A DNA stretch of 64,000 bases from an uncultured Pseudomonadota bacterium (GCA_963847705.1 CAWKBC010000014.1:224001-288000); one strand, 5' to 3'. Shown: positions 9,870-24,422, counted from the first letter of the stretch. Made by a program: numbers and translations. The notes: generated from the letters alone by a model not told the origin.

Positions 9870-10661
9870 TTGTCGGTGTCTCGCCGGGCCGATCTGGTCA
9901 CCCTGGTGGTGGCGGTCGTCGTTCATGTCGGCTTCGCGGTCGCGATCGCGCGCGAGCATGTCGGCAAGCGGCCCGCCACCAGCACGGTCGAGCTGGACTT
10001 CACGAAGCCAGCGCCGCCGCTCGCTGCCGCCCATCCGCCGGCGGGGGCCGGGCCGTCGCACGCGGCTGCCGCCGTATCGAAGCCCCGGCGCCAGCTGGCG
10101 CTGCGCGCCCGACCCGCGCCCGCGAGCCACCCGGCTCCGGAGGCGGCCCCACCGGCGGCTGCGCCGACGCCGACGCCGCAAAAGCCGGTCTTCGCCGTGT
10201 CGATGGCGTCGACGAGCGAGATCGCCACGGGGGTCGCGGTTCCCTCGGGCGGGACCGCGGCGGCCGGCTCGCCCCGACCGGGAGGCGCAGCGACGGGGCG
10301 CGCGGGCGGGACCGGGACCGGAGCCTCCGGTGACGGCGAGGGCGCCTACCAGCCGGCGTCGGAGTCGGACGTTGCCACCATGCCGGAGGTCGACACCGAT
10401 GCTTGCGGCAGGAGCATCGCCTACCCGGACGAGGCCACGCAGGCGGGGATCGAAGGGGACGTCCGCCTGCGCGTCGCGCTCACTCCCGAGGGGCACGTCT
10501 ACGCGGTCCACGTCCTCTCGGGACTCGGGCACGGGCTCGACCGCGCCGCCACCGAGGCGCTCAAGCACCGCTGCCGCTTCTCGCCGGCCATCGGCAAGGG
10601 CGGAAAGCCCGTGGCCTTCGTGATCCAGTCCTACACGTTCCACTTTCAACTTCCGCGCTGA
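9870..10661 (+). CDS. tonB: TonB-family energy transducer
   Basis: N-terminal TM helix with His, Pro/Ala-rich linker, C-terminal YPDEATQAGIEGDVRLRV..FSPA. Confidence 0.88.
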   Translation: MSVSRRADLVTLVVAVVVHVGFAVAIAREHVGKRPATSTVELDFTKPAPPLAAAHPPAGAGPSHAAAAVSKPRRQLALRARPAPASHPAPEAAPPAAAPTPTPQKPVFAVSMASTSEIATGVAVPSGGTAAAGSPRPGGAATGRAGGTGTGASGDGEGAYQPASESDVATMPEVDTDACGRSIAYPDEATQAGIEGDVRLRVALTPEGHVYAVHVLSGLGHGLDRAATEALKHRCRFSPAIGKGGKPVAFVIQSYTFHFQLPR

Positions 10662-10862
10662 GCGGCGAGCGTGTTCGTCGACTCGGCGACGGACTTGACC
10701 TGATGTGCAGCTCGACGCTCCGCGCGGAGATCGAAGCAGAGCGCGGGCGGCGCCTCGATTTCGTTCCGGCGCGCGGATGACGGTCATCGCGCGACGAGCA
10801 CATCGCGACGGGCTCGCCCCCGTCGCCGAAGGGCCCGAGCCTTCGGCGACGCTGTTCGACTG

Positions 10863-12830
10863 CTACTGGAAGGTGATGTTGGAGACGTACTGGTTGATGT
10901 CCCAGGTCGCGTCGGTGTCGGTCTTGCTGGTCACCGCGTTGCCCTGAACCGTGAAGCCGCTGAAATGGACCCCGTTGACGTTCACGGTTGAATTCAGCCC
11001 ATGTAGCTGAATCGTCTGCTTGACGTTGGCGGACACGTTCGTGAAGTAGGTGTCCTTGGCGATGGACGTGTTGGGAGCCACGCGCCAGGTCGGCGCCTGA
11101 TCTTCTTCGATGTCGATCAGCATGCTGTCGGCGGCCTCGATCCTGATGTTTTCGAACGTGGTGCCCGAAATCAACGCCGTGTCATTGGCGTCGATGGCCA
11201 GCGCGCGTCCGGCCTTCACGATGTCGATGTCGTTGAACACGATCCCGGTCATGGTCGGGTTCGTCGTGGTTCCGAAGGTCTTCGTGCCGATCTTGCAGCC
11301 GCCCGAGTTGCTGTAGAGCACCGACTTCTGATACGTGATGTTCGAGCTGTTCATGTTCGCCTCTTGCTCGGTCTTGGGCGACAAGTTGTCGTCCCCGCTG
11401 TAGACGAACGTGTTGAAGACGGTGCAATTGTTGGACGCGTCGATGTCGATGCCGTCCGTCTGGTTGTAGGTCGTCGTGGTGGGCCGGCGGTTGATCACCT
11501 TGTAGTTCTGGATCGTGACCTGCGAGCTCATGTAGGCGAGCGTGTTCCAGAAGACCGGGTCCCGGACCAGGATCCCGTCGACCGTCACCTTGGTGCTCGA
11601 GTCGATTCTGAGCACGTTGATCTTGAAGGCCGGCGTGTCGTTGCTGCCGGCGTTGATCTTGGTCCCCTCGCCGTCGATCACCCCGCGGCCGAGGATGTTG
11701 GTGTTGGTGACATTGTAGAGGTGGACCACCCCGTGCTGGGTGCTCTCGACCGCCGGCGTGCCGGTCACCGCGTAGTCTGACGTGCTGGTCGAACCGTCGA
11801 GGATGGCGCCCGCAGCGAGGTACAAGGTCATGTTGCTCTTCAGGGAGAGCTCGCCGGTCTTGTACCGACCCGGCGGGACGTAAAGGATGTTCTGCGTTGC
11901 CCCGGAGGCGGCGTTGATCGCAGACTGAATCTTCGAGGTCACGACAGTCCCGCCCGTGTTGTCGACGGTGTAATCCGCGAGATTCTTCACGTTGGCGTCG
12001 CCCAGCTTGGGCGGATTCGTCTCCTGGGCATCGATGAGAATGAACAGCAGATCCTGATTGGGGATCTGCAAGATCAGGTAGTTGGGGCCGCTGGTGAATG
12101 TGAGGGTGTTGCCGCTCTTCGTCACGGCGATATTTTGGCTCTTGGGGCTCAGCGTATAAGAGGAGAAACTCGAGCTGAGGGTCACGGCCACGGTCGCCGT
12201 GCATCCGGTCGCCACCGCGAAGTTGGCGTAGTGCACCTGCATCTCCGGGGAGAACTTGGTCAGCTTCTCCACGAACTGTGAGGCGCCGTTGGCCGTCACC
12301 GTGTAAAGCGGGCTCACCGTCGCGCCGGGCAAGGTCGGATAGGTCGTGACGGCGCCAGCCGACGAACAGCTCACAGTCGCGCCCCCCGCCCCGCCGGTGC
12401 CGATCGCGCCGCCGGTCGCCGAAGAGCCGGCCACGCCGCTGTTGCCGCCGGTGTGCGTGGCTCCGCCCATCCCGCCGGTCGCCGAGGTCCCGCCCGTTCC
12501 GGTGGCTCCACCGGTGGCAGATCCGCCGCTTCCCCCAGTCGCCGAGGCTCCGCCTGTTCCGGTGGTCCCGCCCGTGTGGGTGGCTCCGCCAGCTCCTCCG
12601 GTCGATACGGCTCCGCCCGTTCCGGTGGTCCCGCCCGTCTGCGTGGCTCCGCCGGTTCCCGAGGAAGTGCCGCCTGTGCCGGTCGTCCCGCCCGTCTGCG
12701 CGGTGGTTCCGCCGGTCCCGACGCCGCCGCCGGTCCCGTCTCCAGCGCCGGTCCCCGAAGAGCACCCGAATGCGCCCCCGAGCGAGAGCGTCGCAGCAAG
12801 ACCGAATGACACGAGCGATAGATGTCTCAT
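10863..12830 (-). CDS. Lipoprotein with Gly/Thr linker and right-handed beta-helix glycoside hydrolase domain (GH28/GH49-like)
   Basis: Lipobox AFGC and GTGG repeats. IQSAINAA..LYVPPGRY..LKSNMTLYL, GRGVIDG, TDGID and SGDDN are motifs of pectin-lyase-fold glycosidases. Confidence 0.8.
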   Translation of the reverse strand: MRHLSLVSFGLAATLSLGGAFGCSSGTGAGDGTGGGVGTGGTTAQTGGTTGTGGTSSGTGGATQTGGTTGTGGAVSTGGAGGATHTGGTTGTGGASATGGSGGSATGGATGTGGTSATGGMGGATHTGGNSGVAGSSATGGAIGTGGAGGATVSCSSAGAVTTYPTLPGATVSPLYTVTANGASQFVEKLTKFSPEMQVHYANFAVATGCTATVAVTLSSSFSSYTLSPKSQNIAVTKSGNTLTFTSGPNYLILQIPNQDLLFILIDAQETNPPKLGDANVKNLADYTVDNTGGTVVTSKIQSAINAASGATQNILYVPPGRYKTGELSLKSNMTLYLAAGAILDGSTSTSDYAVTGTPAVESTQHGVVHLYNVTNTNILGRGVIDGEGTKINAGSNDTPAFKINVLRIDSSTKVTVDGILVRDPVFWNTLAYMSSQVTIQNYKVINRRPTTTTYNQTDGIDIDASNNCTVFNTFVYSGDDNLSPKTEQEANMNSSNITYQKSVLYSNSGGCKIGTKTFGTTTNPTMTGIVFNDIDIVKAGRALAIDANDTALISGTTFENIRIEAADSMLIDIEEDQAPTWRVAPNTSIAKDTYFTNVSANVKQTIQLHGLNSTVNVNGVHFSGFTVQGNAVTSKTDTDATWDINQYVSNITFQ

Positions 12831-13066
12831 CTTTTCTCCTTGAACCTCTCCGCCGAGCGCGCGAACCACCTTGGCGCGTTCCGTTCCAACAGCTCGGCCG
12901 TTTTGGCCGGCATTTCTCTCCGCCTCTATTCCCAGGCAGAGGGAAATGGATCCCCTCCCGGAAGGCCCGGGAGGCGACCCGCGCAAAAAGGCTCACGAGA
13001 CGCGAAAACAGTGACGCGCGGCGGCGAACGCGCGCTCGCGCCGCCTCTCGCGCGTACCCCTCCTGT

Positions 13067-14931
13067 TTACCGCTTGGGGGGGAGCAGATCGGTGATCGTG
13101 CCGTCGGCGATCTCGGCGGCGAAGAAGATCGTCTCGGAGAGCGTCGGGTGGGCGTGGATGGTGAGGCTCAGGTCCTCCGCGTCGGCGCCCATCTCGAGCG
13201 CCAGCACGGTCTCCGCGATCAGCTCGCCCGCGTTGATGCCGACGATGCCGGCGCCCAGGACCTGCTTGCTCTCCTTGGAGAAGAGGACCTTGGTGAGGCC
13301 TTCCTCGCGCCCCATGCCGAGCGCGCGGCCGCTGGCGCCCCAGTTGAACACCGCCTTGTCGTAGGCGATCGCCTTTGGCCTTCGCCTCGGTCTCGGTCAG
13401 CCCCATCCAGGCGACCTCGGGATCGGTGTAGGCCACGCTGGGGATCGTGCGGGCCTCCCAGACGTGGTGGCTCATCCCGGCGATCACCTCGGCGGCCAGC
13501 TTCGCCTCGTGGGTCGCCTTGTGGGCCAGCATCGGATCGCCGACGATGTCGCCGATGGCGAAGATGTGCGGCACGTTGGTGCGCATCTGGTTGTCGACGG
13601 GGATGAAGCCGCGCTCGTTGACGTTCACGCCGGCCTTGTCGGCGGCGATGTTCTTTCCGTTCGGGCGGCGCCCCACGGCCAGCAGCACGCGATCGTAGAT
13701 CTCGGGCGCCGGCGGGGGTGACTGCGGCGTCGGCGCTCTCGAAGGTGGCGCGCATCCCCTCGGGCAGCGCCTCCAGCTTCGAGACCTTGGTCTTCAGCAA
13801 GATCTTCTCGTAGCGCTTCTCGATGCGGCGCGAGAGCGGACGCACGATGTCGGGATCGGCGGTGGCGATCAGGCGGTCGAGGAACTCGACCACCGTGACC
13901 TTGGCGCCGAGCGCGTCGTACACGGTGGCCATCTCCAGGCCGATGATGCCGCCGCCGATGATCAAGAGGCGCTTCGGGACCTCGGTCAGCTCGAGCGCGC
14001 CGGTGGAATCCATCAGCCGCTTGTCGTCGTAGGGAAAGCCGGGGATGCGAGCCGACTGCGATCCGGCGGCGATGATGCAGTGGTCGAACGAGACCGTCTT
14101 GATGCCGTCCTTGGTCTCCACCGCCAGCAGATGCGGCGACGCGAACTGGCCCCGCCCCTCGACGACGGTCACCTTGCGCGCCTTGGCCAGGACGCCGAGG
14201 CCGCTGGTCAGCTTGGTGACGACGCCGTCCTTGAACTTGCGCAGCCCCTCGAGATCGATCTTCGGTTTGCCGAACGACAGCCCGAGGTGGCTCCCCTCAT
14301 CCGCGTCGGTGATCACCTTGGCGGCGTGCAGCAGCGCCTTCGACGGGATGCAACCGACGTTCAGGCAGACGCCGCCGATGCGCGGGTAGCGCTCGACCAG
14401 GACGACCTTCTTGCCGAGATCCGCGGCGCGAAACGCGGCGGTGTAACCGCCGGGACCGGAGCCGAGCACCAGCACGTCAGCGTGAAAGGTCGCGTCGGGG
14501 TGCTTCGCGGCGCCCGTCCCCGGCGCCACCGCCGGGGCGGACGTCGCTCCAGCCGCATGGGCAGGTGCTGGTGGAGCTGCGGGCTTGGCAGGAGCGGCGG
14601 ACGGCGCGGCCGCGGCCGGCGATTCCTTCTGGCCCGAGCTGGCGGGTGGGCCGCTCTCGGGCTTGGGCGCCGGAGCCGACGCCGCGGCGGCATCCGCCAC
14701 CTCGAGCGTCACGATGATGGAGCCCTTCGAGACCCGATCGCCGATCTTCACCTTCAGCTCTTTGATCGTCCCGGGCATCGGCGCGGGGACCTCGACGGTC
14801 GCCTTGTCCGACTCGAGTGTGACGAGCGCGGCGTCCTTGGCGACGACGTCGCCCGGCTTCACGAAGATCTCGATGACCGGGATGTTCTTGAAGTCCCCGA
14901 TGTCGGGGACGGGAATCTCGCGGGTGGCCAT
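13067..14931 (-). CDS. lpdA: Dihydrolipoamide dehydrogenase with N-terminal lipoyl domain (two apparent +1 frameshifts near 13715 and 13370)
   Basis: ESDKA lipoyl motif, GSGPGG, GGVCLNVGCIPSK, GDIVGDPMLAHKA and HAHPTLSE are spread over three ORFs in register. Confidence 0.93.
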
Positions 14932-14934
14932 GGG

Positions 14935-16281
14935 CTAGAGCATGACCCGGCGGATGTCCGCGATCACCTGCCCAAGATAGCTGGTGAACCGCGCCGCCAG
15001 CGCGCCGTCGACGACGCGATGGTCGTAGCTGAGCGACAGCGGCAGCATGGTGCGCGGCGCGAACTCCTTGCCGTTCCAGACCGGTTTCACCGCCGACCGG
15101 GAGACGCCCAGGATGGCGACCTCGGGCGCGTTGATGATGGGGGTGAAGGCGGTGCCGCCGATCCCGCCCAGCGACGAGATGGTGAAGGTCGCGCCCTGGA
15201 TGTCGTTCGGGCCGAGCTTGCCGTCGCGCGCCTTGGCCGCCAGCTCCGTGGTCTCCTGGGCGATCGCCAGGATCCCCTTCTTGTCGGCGTCCTTGATCAC
15301 CGGCACCACCAGGCCTTGCGGCGTGTCGGCGGCGAAGCCGATGTTCCAGTACTGCTTGACGATCAGGTTGTCACCGTCGAGCGAGCTGTTGAGCGTGGGG
15401 TACTTCTTCAGCGCCGCGACGACCGCCTTCATCAGGAAGGCGAGCGGCGAGACCTTCACCCCGGCCTTGGCGTTCTCCTCGTTGACGTGCGCGCGGAACG
15501 ACTCGAGCTCGGTGATGTCGGCCTCGTCGAACTGCGTGACGTGCGGGATCATCACCCAGTTGCGCGCCAGCCCCGGCGCCGAGATCTTCTGGATGCGCGT
15601 GCGGGGCTGAGTCTCGATCGGTCCGAACTTGGCGAAGTCGACCTTGGGCCAGGGGGGCAGGCCCAGATCCGCGAGTCCGCCTCCACCTGCCCCGCGCGCG
15701 CTCACGCCGCCGGAGATCGCCTGCTTGACGAAGGAATGGATGTCCTCCTTGAGGATTCGGCTCTTGGGGCCTGACCCGGTCACCTGAGCGAGCGGCACGC
15801 CCAGCTCGCGCGCGAACCGGCGCACACCCGGGCTCGCGTGGGCGATGGTCCCGGGCGACTCCGACGGCGCGGCCGCGACGGCCGGAGCGGGTGCGGGCGC
15901 CGCGGGCACGACGACCGTGGGCTCGACGGCTTTCGGTGACGCCGGAGCAGGCGCCGCTGTCACGGGGGCGGCCGTCGCCGTCGCCGTCGCCGTCGCCGTC
16001 TTGGCCTTCCCGTTGCCGTTGGTCACCGCCGGCGCGGCGCCGTTGCTCCCTTCGAGCAAGGCCACCAGCGTCCCGGCGCTCACCTTGTCGCCGATCTTCA
16101 CCTTCAGCTCGGAGATCACGCCCGCAGCGGGCGCCGGCACCTCCAGCGTCGCCTTGTCGCTCTCGAGAACCAGCAGCGAATCGTCCTTCTGGACGGTGTC
16201 GCCCTGTTTGACGAGGAGCTGGATGACGGGGATGTCTTTGAAATCCCCAATGTTTGGAACCTTTACTTCAGTGGCGGCCAA
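14935..16281 (-). CDS. aceF: Pyruvate dehydrogenase E2, dihydrolipoamide acetyltransferase
   Basis: Lipoyl ESDKA, peripheral subunit-binding HASPGVRRFARELGV, catalytic DHRVVDG. Confidence 0.96.
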   Translation of the reverse strand: MAATEVKVPNIGDFKDIPVIQLLVKQGDTVQKDDSLLVLESDKATLEVPAPAAGVISELKVKIGDKVSAGTLVALLEGSNGAAPAVTNGNGKAKTATATATATAAPVTAAPAPASPKAVEPTVVVPAAPAPAPAVAAAPSESPGTIAHASPGVRRFARELGVPLAQVTGSGPKSRILKEDIHSFVKQAISGGVSARGAGGGGLADLGLPPWPKVDFAKFGPIETQPRTRIQKISAPGLARNWVMIPHVTQFDEADITELESFRAHVNEENAKAGVKVSPLAFLMKAVVAALKKYPTLNSSLDGDNLIVKQYWNIGFAADTPQGLVVPVIKDADKKGILAIAQETTELAAKARDGKLGPNDIQGATFTISSLGGIGGTAFTPIINAPEVAILGVSRSAVKPVWNGKEFAPRTMLPLSLSYDHRVVDGALAARFTSYLGQVIADIRRVML

Positions 16282-16354
16282 GCGTCTCTCCTCGAATCGT
16301 GATGGACGGTGCTCATGTCGCGGTCGTCGCCGTTGCCTCTTTTAAAAGCGCCCC

Positions 16355-19021
<2,667 letters not shown>

Positions 19022-19162
19022 GAAGTCGGTACTTTACGCGAAAGTTTGCCAAAACGGTGTGGCTCAGTCGCGGGGGAACCCACTTCGCCGAAGTGAAACA
19101 TTTCCCGCCCCTTTTTGAGGCCGGCGCGGAGGGCTGCGGGTGGCCCAATGGCCACCACTCGG

Positions 19163-20788
19163 CTACTGGCTGGTCAGCGGCGGGGAAGACCAGCTCACGT
19201 CGCTGGTCAGAGTCGGCGCGGTGGTCGACCAGGGCACCCACTTGGCCAGATCGGCGGTCCCGGCCGGCTGCGGCTCCATTCGACCGTCCGGGGCGGCCGT
19301 CTTGGTGAGGTGGCCCCGGATGGCCCTTTGAAGCGGGGGACCCTGGGTCGTCGGGTAGAACGTACAGTGGTTCTGCGGGTCGGTCGGGTTGCCGCCGTTG
19401 TAGCCGACGTTCGCCCCGATGCCGAGCGCCTGATACACGACCTGGGCGGCATCGGTGGCCGCGTGCTGGCAGGTCGCGCACAGCTCGCCAATCCGAGAGT
19501 TGTCCAGGACCAGCAGTCCGCGCGGCGCGTGCATGGCGGCCAGGGAGTGGGTATCCCCCGGGATGGTGTCCACCTTGTTGATGTACGTGCTCTCGAAGGC
19601 GCTCCCGAACCACCCCACCTCGGTGCTGACGGCGTTGGAGAGGGACTGCGCCGGATTCCCGTTCGGCCCCTTGGGCTGGGTGTTCACGATTCGCATCGCC
19701 GACACGCCGGCGGTGCCGGACTCCTGCGGAATCCCCAGCGCGATTCGCTCGTCGAACGCGCCGACGGTGAAGGCGCCCTTGCCGTCCCGGGAGCAGCCGG
19801 TCACGGCGACCGCCGTGGGATCGATGATGTTGTTTCGCCCGGCGGCCTTCTCCGAGATCAACACGTCGATGACGCGGCTGAAGCCCCAGGCCCAGCCAAT
19901 CTGAGAGCTGACGCCGGTGCTCGTGCCATAGAGGTTCGTGAAGAGGCCCGTCCTGCTCGACTCGCTCATCATGCCTTGGTTGTCGTAGGTCCCGGTGGCA
20001 ACGCCCTCCGCGCTGACGGTGCCGGGATCCAGGCTCGAGCCGCCGAGGCCGATGATGATGGGAGCCGGCATCTTGGCGCCGCTCGGAATGCTGATCGGCA
20101 CGCTGAAGTCGATGCTCTTGCTGCCCAGCACGGCGTGCACCTTGATGGCGGTGGTGCTCACCGACCCGGTGACCGAGTCTGGCGCGCCCGGCTTCGCACC
20201 GAAAATGTACTTCTCGACGACCGCCTTCATCTCGGCTCGGCGGCATTTCCAGTCCGATCGCTTGGACATGGTTGTTCCGTCGAGCTTGGTGAACAGGTTC
20301 GGCAGCTGACCGCTGATGCTCACGTCCGCGGGCGTCGCGACCGTGCAGTCGGACCCGTAAAACTCGACGAAGTTGGGATTGTAGACCGCGGCGCCCGAGC
20401 TGCCGCCGGTGCTCGTCGCCGACCCACCGGTCCCCGCGCCGCCGCTGCTGCCGGCGACCGACGAGCCGCCGAGGCCCGTTCCGCCCGTCGCGGAACCACC
20501 GGTGCCCGTCGTCTTGCCGCCGGCGCCTCCGGTTCCCGTCGCCGAGCCGCCGGTGCCAGAGCCGCCGGTGCCAGAGCCGCCGGTGCCCGAGCCCCCGGTG
20601 CCGGAGCCGCCCGTGCCGGCCGTCCTGCCGCCTGTGCCGCTGGTCGAGCCTCCCGTTCCCGGAGCCCCGCCGGTGCTCGTCCCCCCCGTGCCCGTCGTCG
20701 CCCCGCCCGTGCCCGTGTCGCCGCCCTGAGTTCCAGGGCTCGAGGAGCAGGCGGTGGCCAGCGCCGCAGCGATTGCCAGGAGCCGCAT
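19163..20788 (-). CDS. Lipoprotein glucuronoyl esterase (CE15) with Gly/Thr linker
   Basis: LATAC lipobox; WAWGFSRVID, TGCSRDGK nucleophile motif, QESG, PGDTHSL and NHC. An alternative start is at 20869. Confidence 0.85.
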   Translation of the reverse strand: MRLLAIAAALATACSSSPGTQGGDTGTGGATTGTGGTSTGGAPGTGGSTSGTGGRTAGTGGSGTGGSGTGGSGTGGSGTGGSATGTGGAGGKTTGTGGSATGGTGLGGSSVAGSSGGAGTGGSATSTGGSSGAAVYNPNFVEFYGSDCTVATPADVSISGQLPNLFTKLDGTTMSKRSDWKCRRAEMKAVVEKYIFGAKPGAPDSVTGSVSTTAIKVHAVLGSKSIDFSVPISIPSGAKMPAPIIIGLGGSSLDPGTVSAEGVATGTYDNQGMMSESSRTGLFTNLYGTSTGVSSQIGWAWGFSRVIDVLISEKAAGRNNIIDPTAVAVTGCSRDGKGAFTVGAFDERIALGIPQESGTAGVSAMRIVNTQPKGPNGNPAQSLSNAVSTEVGWFGSAFESTYINKVDTIPGDTHSLAAMHAPRGLLVLDNSRIGELCATCQHAATDAAQVVYQALGIGANVGYNGGNPTDPQNHCTFYPTTQGPPLQRAIRGHLTKTAAPDGRMEPQPAGTADLAKWVPWSTTAPTLTSDVSWSSPPLTSQ

Positions 20789-21078
20789 GGCAGGCAGAGC
20801 AGGTCGGCCGCCCGCGCGTGGTGAGTGAACGGACGACCGGAGATCCGAAGCGACTGGGTGCTGTGCCATGGCGATTCTCCTTAACGAGCGCGATCGGACG
20901 CGGGGGACTATCACCCAAGTCCCGGAAACCCCCGTTCGGCTCACCGCCTGCCGAAAATGAGAAGAGTCCGCCAAAAACAAGAGAAGTAACGGCGATATCC
21001 GGAAGACCGCACGGACGAGCGGCCAGGGTGTGACGCTTCGAAGCCGGGCCTGGAATCCGCCGGCAGCGGGGCCTTGCC

Positions 21079-21157
21079 TTGACAGCCCAATTGCCGGCTG
21101 ACACACTCACGTGCGCGTTGGTATCCTTAAATCTAGATACAAGGATAACTGCGCGCA
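21079..21157 (+). promoter_or_regulatory. Sigma70-type promoter of ahcY followed by a palindromic operator/hairpin
   Basis: TTGACA (21079) + 17 bp + CACACT (21102); palindrome TATCCTT-AA-ATCTAGAT-AC-AAGGATA at 21122-21147. Confidence 0.6.
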
Positions 21158-21200
21158 ACCCAGGAAACCCCAGCGCTTCGCGCGTCGAGGAGAACAGCCC

Positions 21201-22670
<1,470 letters not shown>

Positions 22671-22689
22671 GCGGCTCTCTCTCCGCATG

Positions 22690-22727
22690 ACGGGAGCTCC
22701 GGGCGACGCCTCGGGGTTCCCGTTTTT
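22690..22727 (+). terminator. Rho-independent terminator after ahcY
   Basis: ACGGGAGCTCCGGG..CCTCGGGGTTCCCGT stem followed by a T run. Confidence 0.75.
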
Positions 22728-22836
22728 GCGTGCAGGGATTCGCCTGTCAGTTTCCCGGCGGCGTGATCCGCCGCCAGCAAGCCACCGAAAACCTGGCTTG
22801 CTCCCCGCGCGCTCGCTCCGATACGCTGTGACTCCC

Positions 22837-24321
22837 ATGCCCGCGTCTCTTTCGGATCGGCGGCCCCCGAGGACACCCCTTTTGGCGCGCTCTCTCTGCG
22901 CAACCCTCGCGTTGCTCGCGGTGGACGCGGGTGCCGCGGGCGGGTGTTCGAAGGAGAAAGAGTCGCTGGTGATCGTCGCGCTCACCTCCGCAGACGCCAA
23001 TGCGGCGATGGCGGGCACGGTCGCGCTGTCGGTCGCGAGCGTGACCCAGACCTTCGCTCCCCCGGCCGGGCTCACGCTGACGCCCGTCAGCTTCGGCGTC
23101 TACGTCCCCTCGAGCGCCATCGGCAGTCTCCCGGTTTCCGCCAGTGCGATGGGCGGCGGCTTCTGCTTCTCGGGATCGACGACGGCGTCGGTTCTTTCCG
23201 CCGGCTCGACGGTCACCGTCCCGCTCGCGCTGACGGCGACGCCCGGCTGCACCGGAGGCGGCGGCACCGCCGGCACCGGCGGAACCACGGGCACCGGCGG
23301 CATGGGGGCCGCGGGCGGCGGTGGGTCCGTCACGCCACCGTCGCTCACGGCCTGCACCGAGTACGATCACAACGACGTCAATGATCCCACCTGCGACGAC
23401 GACGCCGGGATCAGCAACTGGGAGCTCTGGTCGCTGGCGTTCTCGCCCGACGGCCGCCTGCTCGCCACCGCGGGCGACGATGGTCGGGTCAAGATCTGGA
23501 ACTTCGACGGCCACACGTTGACCGCCTCCGGGCACGTCATCTCGACCAACGGGCAGACCTACGTCGCCTTCTCGCCCGACGGCGCGACGCTGGTGGCGGG
23601 CTCCAACGGCAAGCTCGCCACGTACAGCACCGCCAACTGGGCGTTGGGGCCCGCCTTTACCGGCGTGACCGGGCAGGTCCGCGGCGTGGCGGTGACCGCC
23701 GATAGCCAGCGGATCGTGACGATCGACGGCGACGACAATTTCTACGTCCATACGCTCGTCAGCGGCGGCAAGCCGGTCAGCTACCCGATCCCTGTCTACC
23801 CGCTCAGCCTGTCACTCCAGGCGGGCTCGAGCGCCACGAAGATCGTCGCGGCGGTCGGCTTCGACACGGGACGTGCCGGGACGTTCGAGGTCTCCGGCTC
23901 GACGATCACGATGCCGTCGGGCTTCACCGTGGAAACCAGCACCAGCGTCGACGTGCTGACCGCCGCCTTCGCCCCCACTGGCACCCTGCTGGCCATGGGG
24001 GACGACGATGGCCAGCTCCAGTTCTGGGCCAACCCCGTCAGCACCACCACCACCAGCGGCGCGGCGTTGATGTTCGCGACCAAGGGCAACGCGAACGGCG
24101 TCAACGGGCTCGCCTGGTCGCGCGATGGCGCGTACCTCGCAATCGCCGCCGGCAGCCCGTTCGCGTACGGGTCGACCAGCATCTACGCGTACCCGGCGCG
24201 AACCCAGTACGCCGTGGTCATCCCCACCTACTATCCGGTTTCGGTCGCCTTCTCGCCGAGCGGCAGCGCGCTCGCCATCGGCGAGGTGACCTGCGGCAAA
24301 GTCATGCTCTGCGCTGACTGA
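22837..24321 (+). CDS. Secreted/lipoprotein WD40 beta-propeller protein
   Basis: Signal region ending AGGC, Gly/Thr linker, repeats SLAFSPDG..ATAGDDGRVKIW, VAFSPDG, LAWSRDG and VAFSPSG. Confidence 0.82.
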   Translation: MPASLSDRRPPRTPLLARSLCATLALLAVDAGAAGGCSKEKESLVIVALTSADANAAMAGTVALSVASVTQTFAPPAGLTLTPVSFGVYVPSSAIGSLPVSASAMGGGFCFSGSTTASVLSAGSTVTVPLALTATPGCTGGGGTAGTGGTTGTGGMGAAGGGGSVTPPSLTACTEYDHNDVNDPTCDDDAGISNWELWSLAFSPDGRLLATAGDDGRVKIWNFDGHTLTASGHVISTNGQTYVAFSPDGATLVAGSNGKLATYSTANWALGPAFTGVTGQVRGVAVTADSQRIVTIDGDDNFYVHTLVSGGKPVSYPIPVYPLSLSLQAGSSATKIVAAVGFDTGRAGTFEVSGSTITMPSGFTVETSTSVDVLTAAFAPTGTLLAMGDDDGQLQFWANPVSTTTTSGAALMFATKGNANGVNGLAWSRDGAYLAIAAGSPFAYGSTSIYAYPARTQYAVVIPTYYPVSVAFSPSGSALAIGEVTCGKVMLCAD

Positions 24322-24379
24322 CCGCGGGCGCGAGGCGCGCACCCGAGCGGCCGCCGCCAGTCAGCACCGAGACGACACG

Positions 24380-24409
24380 CCTCACCCCGCCGCCACCGAC
24401 GGGGTGAGG
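24380..24409. terminator. Hairpin between convergent genes (possible bidirectional terminator)
   Basis: CCTCACCCCG-N10-CGGGGTGAGG. Confidence 0.5.
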
Positions 24410-24422
24410 GGATCATGAACGC

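Noticed and set aside
13360-13720. Programmed frameshifting or true pseudogenisation of lpdA
   Set aside because: There is no slippery heptamer or other decay, and the same +1 insertion pattern appears in three other genes, so error is more likely.
21000-21200. SAH riboswitch upstream of ahcY
   Set aside because: I could not find the GAGGAGCG..CAGGCTC core; only a palindrome is evident. An Rfam scan would settle it.
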